Virus record (IMG/VR): IMGVR_UViG_2713897140_000005
Length of the DNA stretch: 5,496 bases
Source: a virus
Taxonomy: Duplodnaviria; Heunggongvirae; Uroviricota; Caudoviricetes
Reading direction: 5' to 3' (one strand)
Numbering within the stretch: the first letter of the stretch is position 1; each line of letters begins with the position of its first letter. Below the pieces are notes generated by a model that saw nothing but the letters and a program-made list of their open reading frames with translations, had not been told where the DNA came from and did no database searches. The position numbers and the translations under genes were made by a program. Positions 1 to 5,376 of the stretch are shown here, in pieces.

Positions 1-333
1 AATTGCCGTACTCAACGCTTCCTGCGCCGCCAGTAATGCACGGCGTTCCAGGGTATCGAAGATGCAGAGTCGGTGACGCAGCTCGCGCGGAAGAATTGCC
101 AGAACCGCAGGGATCAGTTTCTGAATTTTTTCCCTTTGCGCTTTCGTTTCACCTTTTAACCAACGATGATAGATGTTCTGCTGATTATTCCAGTCCTTGC
201 CTGGTGTCAGAGACAATTCACCTCCCCCCTGGCGCAGATATTCTTCAGTAATTGCGTTAGCGACCCACGCCTGCCCTTTTTCGGCTGCCAGGGCTAACAA
301 CACTGATTCGATGTGCTCATGCCTGATTTTCAT
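1..333 (-). CDS. ydaT: YdaT-like prophage protein (toxin YdaT family); N-terminal 111 codons, 3' end outside the window
   Basis: Found by reading the - strand; absent from the ORF track because it has no stop inside the window. ATG at 333-331, open to position 1, translation MKIRHEHIESVLLALAAEKGQAWVANAITEEYLRQGGGELSLTPGKDWNNQQNIYHRWLKGETKAQREKIQKLIPAVLAILPRELRHRLCIFDTLERRALLAAQEALSTAI. Recognised from memory as the YdaT family of Rac-type prophages. Its start overlaps the stop of the upstream HTH gene (ATGA). Not verifiable without a homology search. Confidence 0.6.
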   Translation of the reverse strand, partial: MKIRHEHIESVLLALAAEKGQAWVANAITEEYLRQGGGELSLTPGKDWNNQQNIYHRWLKGETKAQREKIQKLIPAVLAILPRELRHRLCIFDTLERRALLAAQEALSTAI

Positions 334-572
334 GAATCAACCGCTCCTATGCTGTTTTCGCTATGCTTACCGTCTGGGGGGAATACATCGTCAAGTCCAC
401 AATGAGCGCCAAGCCGATTAAGGGTAGAAACAATTTTTCTGCACTCCTCTAGTCCAGGGGTACGAAAATTTGCTTCGTAATTTGCCAGTCGGCTTTGTAT
501 CCACCCTAACTGAACAGCAAGTTGTCTTTGAGACAGCCCAAGCTGTTTTCGATATGTTGAAATTTTGTTCAT
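330..572 (-). CDS. ydaS: Cro/YdaS-like helix-turn-helix (XRE-type) DNA-binding protein, 80 aa
   Basis: ORF track 330..572 (-). The N-terminal 45 aa (YRKQLGLSQRQLAVQLGWIQSRLANYE) is a typical XRE/Cro HTH. GGAGG Shine-Dalgarno 7 nt upstream of the ATG at 572. Stop TGA (332-330) overlaps the ATG of the YdaT-like gene. Symbol given by synteny (divergent from the repressor, immediately upstream of ydaT), not by sequence identity. Confidence 0.55.
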   Translation of the reverse strand: MNKISTYRKQLGLSQRQLAVQLGWIQSRLANYEANFRTPGLEECRKIVSTLNRLGAHCGLDDVFPPDGKHSENSIGAVDS

Positions 573-668
573 TGAAAACCTCCGATGACAATTTTAAACA
601 CACCTTGTGTTATATAGTCAAGCTGTTTTGTGTTTTATGTAAATCACGATTCGTGATACAAGGATGCA
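573..668. promoter_or_regulatory. Divergent promoter/operator region between the Cro-like (-) and repressor-like (+) genes
   Basis: 96-bp AT-rich spacer between divergent start codons. Palindrome AACAC-N5-GTGTT at 597-611; perfect 15-bp palindrome ATCACGA-T-TCGTGAT at 643-657; direct repeats TTGTGTT(A/T)TAT at 606-616 and 628-638. Candidate - strand promoter: -35 TTGACT (complement of 615-620) and -10 TTTAAA/TAAAAT (complement of about 592-598), with the 597-611 palindrome in its spacer. No convincing + strand -35/-10 pair could be placed. Confidence 0.5.
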
Positions 669-1088
669 ATGGAAAAAGAAAACGAAAAAATTGCCGCTAG
701 TAGGCTCAATGACAAAATTGCAATGCGTCTTAAAGAGCGCAGGCAGAAGCTTGGTTTATCTCAAGGAAAACTTGCTGAAATCTGCGGATGGACGCAATCG
801 CGTATAGGTAACTATGAGGCGGGCAGCAGAAATGTTGGAGTACATGACGCTGTCGTATTGGGAAAGGCACTTGGCATATCTCCTCCTGAGCTCCTCTTTG
901 GAGAACAGGAATCTTCTGAATTGTGGTTAAATGAATCCCAACGAAAACTTCTTGAGTTGTTTAACCAGCTACCGGGCTCAGAACAACAACGAATGATTGA
1001 GCTATTTGAAGTCCGGCTAAAAGAAATCGATGAGTATGTAGAAAAATATTTGAGAGGCAGGATTAAAGATAATCCCCCACCGGAATAA
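669..1088 (+). CDS. racR: XRE-family HTH transcriptional repressor (RacR-like prophage repressor), 139 aa
   Basis: ORF track 669..1088. HTH motif RRQKLGLSQGKLAEICGWTQSRIGNYEAG in the N-terminal half, with a C-terminal extension. AAGGA 5 nt upstream of the ATG. Divergent from the ydaS/ydaT-like pair, as racR is in Rac. Symbol assigned by synteny and family, not verified identity. An internal ATG at 720 is an alternative start. Confidence 0.6.
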   Translation: MEKENEKIAASRLNDKIAMRLKERRQKLGLSQGKLAEICGWTQSRIGNYEAGSRNVGVHDAVVLGKALGISPPELLFGEQESSELWLNESQRKLLELFNQLPGSEQQRMIELFEVRLKEIDEYVEKYLRGRIKDNPPPE

Positions 1089-1118
1089 TGATCTTGCTAT
1101 CACAGTAATATGCCAATC

Positions 1119-1142
1119 AGCCCGCTATCAGCGGGCTTTTTT
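1119..1142 (+). terminator. Rho-independent terminator downstream of the repressor gene
   Basis: Stem AGCCCGC (1119-1125) / GCGGGCT (1131-1137), 5-nt loop TATCA, followed by a T-run to 1142. Lies 30 nt after the repressor stop codon (1086-1088). Confidence 0.6.
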
Positions 1143-1184
1143 GTAGCATCATCATATGACACCCACCATAAAACACATTACGTG

Positions 1185-1213
1185 TTGACATAAGAAAACA
1201 AATTGTGTTTAAT
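1185..1213 (+). promoter_or_regulatory. Sigma70-like promoter (TTGACA-17-TTTAAT) overlapped by operator-like palindromes
   Basis: -35 TTGACA at 1185-1190, 17-bp spacer, -10 TTTAAT at 1208-1213. Imperfect palindromes AACAC-ATTAC-GTGTT (1172-1186) and AAACA-AATTG-TGTTT (1196-1210) overlap the -35 and -10 and resemble the 597-611 site. Confidence 0.4.
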
Positions 1214-1393
1214 AAGCATATCCAAACAACGCCCCACCAGAGAACGGCAGGACAATACCTCGAGTTATCCAGTCACTGAACAGGGCTAAGTAGCCAGCCT
1301 GAGGCATACGAACATGACGGCAGTTGTTGATTGATACAAAGCGCAGTAGATAAAACGTTCCGCCACCCGGCGTTAAGGGGAAATGGGGTCAAC

Positions 1394-1549
1394 ATGAATA
1401 CTATCGATCTTGGCAACAACGAATCTCTGGTATGTGGCGTGTTTCCCAATCAAGACGGCACATTCACCGCCATGACGTATACCAAAAGCAAAACGTTTAA
1501 AACCGAAGCTGGCGCACGTCGTTGGTTGGGAAGACATTCAGGTGAGTAA
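1394..1549 (+). CDS. Small prophage protein, 51 aa (positionally like the tiny ydaF/ydaG ORFs of Rac)
   Basis: The ORF track entry 1331..1549 begins at a TTG. The first ATG is at 1394 (MNTIDLGNNESLVCGVFPNQDGTFTAMTYTKSKTFKTEAGARRWLGRHSGE), with a G-rich stretch 5-9 nt upstream. Stop TAA at 1547-1549 lies 1 nt before the next ATG. Function unknown. Confidence 0.5.
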   Translation: MNTIDLGNNESLVCGVFPNQDGTFTAMTYTKSKTFKTEAGARRWLGRHSGE

Positions 1550-1550
1550 A

Positions 1551-1754
1551 ATGAACGAGACAGAATTAAAACACGTTATCGCTCTACTCCTAGAAGATGC
1601 AAAACGCCTCCAGCAACTGGAGCCAAATGCAGGCACTGGGGCACGCATCTGGCTGGCTAAAGAAGCGCTGGAATCTGGCGATTATGATAGCGAAGAAGCC
1701 TTCTACAAAGCAGAAGGCCGTGCAGGATATTCACCGGGTCTTGGCGGGGTATAA
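1551..1754 (+). CDS. Hypothetical small protein, 67 aa
   Basis: ORF track 1542..1754 starts at a GTG. ATG at 1551 is preceded by AGGTGAG (1540-1546), a good Shine-Dalgarno. Translation MNETELKHVIALLLEDAKRLQQLEPNAGTGARIWLAKEALESGDYDSEEAFYKAEGRAGYSPGLGGV. The 3' end overlaps the convergent 98-aa gene by 24 bp. Confidence 0.4.
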   Translation: MNETELKHVIALLLEDAKRLQQLEPNAGTGARIWLAKEALESGDYDSEEAFYKAEGRAGYSPGLGGV

Positions 1755-2027
1755 ATACCATGCGCATTGACTGAATTCGCAAACAAAAACAGACGCGCGA
1801 TACCCGGATAGTCGGTCTGCATAGTCAGATATCTGGCTGCGAATTTGATAAATATCACCGCCCTTTTCGAAAACATAAGTTCCGTCCGGGAGTTGATTAT
1901 ACGAACCATCTCCATGGGGGATCGTTCTCCTGAATCCTAGTGAGAGCATATATTTATGAAGCCCTTCGTAATCCTCTGGCTCAGCATTATATAGTTCTAC
2001 TCTGGCGAGATACGTTGGCATATTCAT
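1731..2027 (-). CDS. Hypothetical 98-aa protein in the sieB-equivalent position; weak pattern-level resemblance to VapD/Cas2-like small nucleases
   Basis: ORF track 1731..2027 (-), MNMPTYLARVELYNAEPEDYEGLHKYMLSLGF.... AAGGAA lies immediately upstream, so the third-codon ATG at 2021 may be the true start. It is transcribed against the flanking + strand genes. The VapD/Cas2 resemblance (strand YLARVEL, helix ending LSLGF, GDGSY, SVFVCEF) is by eye only. Confidence 0.55.
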   Translation of the reverse strand: MNMPTYLARVELYNAEPEDYEGLHKYMLSLGFRRTIPHGDGSYNQLPDGTYVFEKGGDIYQIRSQISDYADRLSGYRASVFVCEFSQCAWYLYPAKTR

Positions 2028-2215
2028 TTCCTTACTGGTTGTGTGAGAACTTCAGTAAAGATACCACCAAAGCCCGGAGGTGGTGAAATAAAACCGGGCA
2101 CAACACGAAGGCGCATTTCCGGTATTCATAAAGAGTCGGTCTTGTCTGTGAAATTTAAATGGTGGGAGTGCGCTTCCGGTTGTAAATAACGACATTGCTG
2201 TGTGAAGTACCAGTT

Positions 2216-2256
2216 GGCGGCATCGGTTTAATTGCTGGCTGATGTCCGCCCTTTTT
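2216..2256 (+). terminator. Candidate intrinsic terminator (+ strand)
   Basis: GC-rich stem GGCGGCATC (2216-2224) / GATG-t-CCGCC (2241-2250) with one bulged T and a 16-nt loop, followed by CTTTTT (2251-2256). The T-run is on the + strand only. Confidence 0.4.
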
Positions 2257-2257
2257 A

Positions 2258-2412
2258 AAGTGAATTTTGTGATGCGGTGAATGCGGCTAAGCGCACGCGG
2301 CACAGTTAAAAGTCATGTTAGTCCTTATTGTTTTGGGTGGGAAAGCCGACTGTAATTGTTAACTGGTTAACGTCACCTGGAGGCACCAGGCACCGCATCA
2401 CAAAATTCACTT
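2258..2412. repeat. Perfect 22-bp inverted repeat flanking a 111-bp spacer
   Basis: Left arm 2258-2279 AAGTGAATTTTGTGATGCGGTG; right arm 2391-2412 CACCGCATCACAAAATTCACTT is its exact reverse complement. The match stops on both sides (2257/2413 and 2280/2390 do not pair). The spacer contains GTTAAC-TG-GTTAAC (2358-2371) and a weak promoter-like TTGTTT-17-TGTAAT (2328-2356). Confidence 0.85.
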
Positions 2413-2533
2413 CGGTGATGAAAGGAAAGAGAAAATGTTGAATGTAGCTATTGAAAACCAGAACGGGTGGAATTATAGTGCACCTGCACCTCATAAAACG
2501 GGTGCCGGGATTAGCACCCCGAAAGTTACTCGA

Positions 2534-2567
2534 GCGCATAACCGCGCTGAAGCGGTTTTTTTATGCG
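2534..2567 (+). terminator. Candidate intrinsic terminator / attenuator hairpin in the leader upstream of the Rha-family gene
   Basis: Inner stem ACCGC (2541-2545) / GCGGT (2552-2556) with loop GCTGAA, followed by 7 T (2556-2562). Outer complementary arms CGCATAA (2535-2541) / TTATGCG (2561-2567). Confidence 0.45.
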
Positions 2568-2591
2568 TAATGCACAGCCACATTCAAATTA

Positions 2592-2669
2592 TGGTGAGGC
2601 GTGCGGGGCAGCCGCAAGGCTGGCCGGGTTCTCGAGTGACCGGTAGTGCTAACCCTGTGCGTCTCACCA
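2592..2669 (+). other. Structured RNA element (long branched hairpin) in the 5' leader of the Rha-family gene
   Basis: 17-bp stem 2592-2608 / 2653-2669 with 14 Watson-Crick pairs plus 3 G-U pairs that exist only in the + strand RNA (they would be C-A on the - strand). It encloses a CAGCC-GCAA-GGCTG hairpin (2609-2622, GNRA loop) and a CCGG...CCGG hairpin (2624-2643). CTCACC (2663-2668) can alternatively pair with GGTGAG at 2693-2698. Confidence 0.4.
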
Positions 2670-2728
2670 CCCATGAGATTAGCACCTCTGCTGGTGAGTT
2701 AATTAACTTATCACTTGAGGATGTCATT

Positions 2729-3274
2729 ATGGCTACTACCCTTTCTCACCCTGACGTAACCATCGAAAATGGTCGCGCCGTCACTACTTCTATTTCGATT
2801 GCTGAGTTTTTTGGCAAGCAGCATCACCATGTTGTTCAAAAAATAGAATCCCTCGAATGTTCTGAACTATTTTTAACCAGCAACTTTTCGCGGGTTAAAT
2901 TCGAACACCGCGGCAATTCTTATAACGCCTACCAAATCACCAAAAACGGCTTCGTTTTCCTGGTGATGGGCTTCACGGGCAAAAAAGCCGCCACATTCAA
3001 GGAAGCCTACATTGCTGAGTTCGACCGCATGGAGGCCGAACTGCGCCAGAATAACACCCCACCTGCTGACAAGATGATTCCGGGTGATGGTCGCACTCTG
3101 GTTGTTCACTTCGACAAATTCGGCAATGTCGAATTCACCGAAACCGTTCCTGATGGCGCACTGGTCTGTACCCTGGAGACTTTCCGGTTTTATCTGGAAA
3201 AACAGGGCTGGACTCTTGTAAACCGGGGCGCAATTAAAAACATGACCGTAGAGCAGTTGCTTTCCTTAAAATAA
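2729..3274 (+). CDS. Rha-family phage regulatory protein, 181 aa
   Basis: MATTLSHPDVTIENGRAVTTSISIAEFFGKQHHHVVQKIESLE... matches the Rha (Phage_pRha) N-terminal signature, and ...GFVFLVMGFTGKKAATFKEAYIAEFDRME is typical of the family. GAGGA lies 7 nt upstream of the ATG at 2729. The ORF track extends the frame to an ATG at 2435 (279 aa, with an AAGGAAAGAG Shine-Dalgarno), but that extension covers the terminator and hairpin above and is unlike a folded domain, so 2729 is preferred. Confidence 0.7.
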   Translation: MATTLSHPDVTIENGRAVTTSISIAEFFGKQHHHVVQKIESLECSELFLTSNFSRVKFEHRGNSYNAYQITKNGFVFLVMGFTGKKAATFKEAYIAEFDRMEAELRQNNTPPADKMIPGDGRTLVVHFDKFGNVEFTETVPDGALVCTLETFRFYLEKQGWTLVNRGAIKNMTVEQLLSLK

Positions 3275-3284
3275 AAATGGAGCT

Positions 3285-3572
3285 ATGGATATGAACCCCA
3301 TGCTTGATTATTGTTTTACACCTGCCCTCAGGCAGACCATCAGTCATACCGGGATTAAAAAATGGCTGTGGAGAATCAGAAAAATTCTCCAGCAAAAAGG
3401 TGACCTGGATTTAATACAATGTGATTACCATCTCTGCAATAAACAGTTTTTACCTGAAAAAGCTTTTACTGGCGAGCTTATTTATATGCATGGAAACATG
3501 ATTGCCAGAAAGAAACGAAAATATTGCAGTGCAGCTTGTGCCGAAAAAGACAAGATGGCACACGAACTTTAA
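3285..3572 (+). CDS. Cys-rich small protein, putative zinc-binding (C-x4-C ... C-x3-C), 95 aa
   Basis: ORF track 3285..3572. Cys pairs in QCDYHLC and YCSAAC, and a basic KKRK patch. GGAG at 3279-3282 is better spaced for the in-frame ATG at 3291, which may be the true start. Positionally equivalent to the small zinc-binding gene (ydaE) upstream of racC-recE in Rac; no sequence identity claimed. Confidence 0.55.
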   Translation: MDMNPMLDYCFTPALRQTISHTGIKKWLWRIRKILQQKGDLDLIQCDYHLCNKQFLPEKAFTGELIYMHGNMIARKKRKYCSAACAEKDKMAHEL

Positions 3573-3646
3573 TTAACTGAATATTCGAAACTGAATTTAT
3601 GCCAGCAATGGCAGGGATTCACTCAACCTTAAAAAAGGAAACAGCA

Positions 3647-3853
3647 ATGAGCATTATTGAATGTGAAATTGAACTTGATGTTATTAACGATTCTCTCGCC
3701 GAATTTAAATGTGGGAATACATTACATAGTTTCATTCAGATTTCCCAAAAAGAAAACGTCACGGTAATTATTGATGACGGTTACGTTCTGGGAACATTTG
3801 ATTGTTGTGTATGTGCCATTAAAGAAATTGCATTACTCACAGCTCGCATTTAA
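3647..3853 (+). CDS. Hypothetical small protein, 68 aa
   Basis: ORF track 3599..3853. The internal ATG at 3647 is preceded by AAGGAA 6 nt upstream, unlike the 3599 ATG. Translation MSIIECEIELDVINDSLAEFKCGNTLHSFIQISQKENVTVIIDDGYVLGTFDCCVCAIKEIALLTARI. No recognisable family. Confidence 0.5.
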   Translation: MSIIECEIELDVINDSLAEFKCGNTLHSFIQISQKENVTVIIDDGYVLGTFDCCVCAIKEIALLTARI

Positions 3854-3857
3854 GAGG

Positions 3858-3886
3858 CTGACAAGAAATACGGTATCAGTTATCAA
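3858..3886 (+). promoter_or_regulatory. Weak candidate promoter upstream of the RecE-like gene
   Basis: CTGACA (3858-3863), 17-bp spacer, TATCAA (3881-3886) in the 113-bp gap before the ATG at 3967. Hexamers are imperfect. Confidence 0.25.
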
Positions 3887-3966
3887 CGACTGAAAGAACT
3901 CTCTCATATCGCATCATCAGTTCGTTTCTTTTATGCAATCTGAATATGAGTTGAGGTTAAAAAACA

Positions 3967-5376
3967 ATGAGCACCGATAAACAAGTTTACCCACTGTATT
4001 ACGAAGCAAAAAATGACAAAGTAAGAAAACGCCTCGGTATTAAAGGCGGTTTTTACTGGGCTGAAGCGAAAAAATTATCCATTGCCATCTCCCGTGGTGC
4101 TGTTGCGATTGACGATGCTGGCTACGATGAAGATGACTTTAAAAAACCTGTTCGCGTCAATTTGCCCGTTGTTGATGACCTCCCACCAGAAGGCGTGTTT
4201 GATACGGAATTCTGCAACCGTTACGAAAAAGGCGGGGAAGATGGCATCACAATGGTATTTATCGCATCTTCTCCCTCTGTTCAGGACAAACCAGCCAGCA
4301 CTGACAATACCAACGTCAACGGCGAAGACATGACAGAAATTGAGGAGAACATGCTCCTGCCAGTTTCCGGTCAGGAACTGCCCATTCGTTGGCTTGCGCA
4401 ACACGGCAGCGAAAAACCGGTAACGCACGTTTCACGCGACGAACTCCAGGCATTACACATTGCTCGGGATGAAGAACTACCGGCTGTTACTGCTCTGGCT
4501 GTTTCGCATAAAACCAGTCTGCTCGACCCGCTGGAGATTCGCGACCTCCACAAACTCGTGCGTGATACTGACAAAGTTTTCCCTAATCCTGGCAATTCAA
4601 ATCTGGGACTGATGACTGCTTTTTTCGAAGCATATCTGGATGCCAACTACACCGATCGCGGTCTGCTGACAAAAGAGTGGATGAAAGGAAATCGTGTTTC
4701 GCGTATCACTCGCACGGCTTCCGGTGCTAATGCTGGCGGCGGGAACCTCACCGATCGCGGCGAAGGTTTCGTCCACGATCTGACGTCGCTGGCGCGCGAC
4801 GTAGCCACTGGCGTACTGGCCCGTTCAATGGACGTGGATATTTATAATCTTCATCCGGCACACGCTAAACGCATTGAGGAAATTATCACTGAAAATAAAC
4901 CGCCCTTTTCTGTTTTCCGCGACAAATTCATCACCATGCCTGGCGGGATGGATTATTCCCGCGCCATCGTGGTTGCGTCAGTGAAAGAAGCACCGATTGG
5001 TATCGAGGTCATCCCCGCGCACGTCACTGAATATCTGAACAAGGTACTGACTGAAACCGATCATGCCAACCCTGATCCGGAAATCGTGGATATTGCCTGC
5101 GGTCGCTCCTCTGCCCCGATGCCGCAGCGTGTAACAGAAGAAGGAAAACAGGATGATGAAGAAAAACCGCAGCCATCTGGCGCAATGGCAGATGAACAGG
5201 CAACGGCTGAAACAATGGAACCGGATGCAACTGAACATCATCAGAACACGCAGCCGCTGGATGCTCAGTCACAGGTAAATTCTGTTGATGGGGGCGGGTC
5301 AGTACTGCGGGTTCCTTGCCAACCGTGTGTGTGGAGAGAAGCTGCCACAGGTGTACCGAGCTCTGGGGATGGATAA
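3967..5376 (+). CDS. recE: RecE (exodeoxyribonuclease VIII) N-terminal-region homologue, 469-aa ORF; apparently truncated or chimeric, C-terminal nuclease domain not encoded in this frame
   Basis: ORF track 3967..5376, with GAGG 9 nt upstream. Segments such as [50 protein letters not shown] and the acidic [15 protein letters not shown] tract match my recollection of the non-catalytic N-terminal part of Rac RecE (866 aa in K-12). No Walker motif. The last about 28 codons ([28 protein letters not shown]) look like out-of-frame junk. Identity is from memory and needs alignment. Confidence 0.55.
   Translation: MSTDKQVYPLYYEAKNDKVRKRLGIKGGFYWAEAKKLSIAISRGAVAIDDAGYDEDDFKKPVRVNLPVVDDLPPEGVFDTEFCNRYEKGGEDGITMVFIASSPSVQDKPASTDNTNVNGEDMTEIEENMLLPVSGQELPIRWLAQHGSEKPVTHVSRDELQALHIARDEELPAVTALAVSHKTSLLDPLEIRDLHKLVRDTDKVFPNPGNSNLGLMTAFFEAYLDANYTDRGLLTKEWMKGNRVSRITRTASGANAGGGNLTDRGEGFVHDLTSLARDVATGVLARSMDVDIYNLHPAHAKRIEEIITENKPPFSVFRDKFITMPGGMDYSRAIVVASVKEAPIGIEVIPAHVTEYLNKVLTETDHANPDPEIVDIACGRSSAPMPQRVTEEGKQDDEEKPQPSGAMADEQATAETMEPDATEHHQNTQPLDAQSQVNSVDGGGSVLRVPCQPCVWREAATGVPSSGDG

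Noticed and set aside
3-421. + strand ORFs 3..251 and 197..421
   Set aside because: Shadow ORFs antisense to the YdaT-like and Cro-like genes, which have far better family signatures.
418-700. ORFs 418..603 (-) and 470..700 (+)
   Set aside because: They overlap the Cro-like gene in other frames or span the regulatory spacer; no ribosome-binding site and implausible translations.
1703-1915. 70-aa - strand ORF
   Set aside because: Alternative frame inside the 98-aa gene; the 98-aa frame has the ribosome-binding site and the more protein-like sequence.
2052-2303. 83-aa - strand ORF upstream of the 98-aa gene, a possible antitoxin-like partner
   Set aside because: Starts at GTG, has non-protein-like composition, and overlaps the + strand terminator and the left inverted-repeat arm. 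Likely a chance ORF in structured non-coding DNA.
2318-2539. 73-aa - strand ORF
   Set aside because: Antisense to the structured leader and inverted-repeat region, with no ribosome-binding site and low-complexity translation.
2592-2673. Possible tRNA: a 7-bp acceptor-like stem followed by a discriminator base and CCA (2671-2673)
   Set aside because: The helix continues to 17 bp, position 8 is G not U, and no D-arm or T-arm with a T-psi-C-like loop can be placed. Called a structured leader hairpin instead.
2258-2728. Retron-like ncRNA (inverted repeats flanking a structured region) or type III toxin-antitoxin RNA
   Set aside because: No reverse transcriptase ORF and no YADD motif follows the repeats; no tandem RNA repeats or ToxN-like gene. 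Only the Rha-family gene lies downstream.
2435-2728. N-terminal extension of the Rha ORF to 279 aa, as listed in the ORF track
   Set aside because: The extension spans an intrinsic-terminator hairpin and a strand-specific RNA helix, its composition is unlike a folded domain, and the Rha signature starts right at the ATG at 2729 with its own Shine-Dalgarno. Kept as an open alternative, not the primary call.
2873-3109. 78-aa - strand ORF inside the Rha gene
   Set aside because: Antisense to a well-supported CDS.
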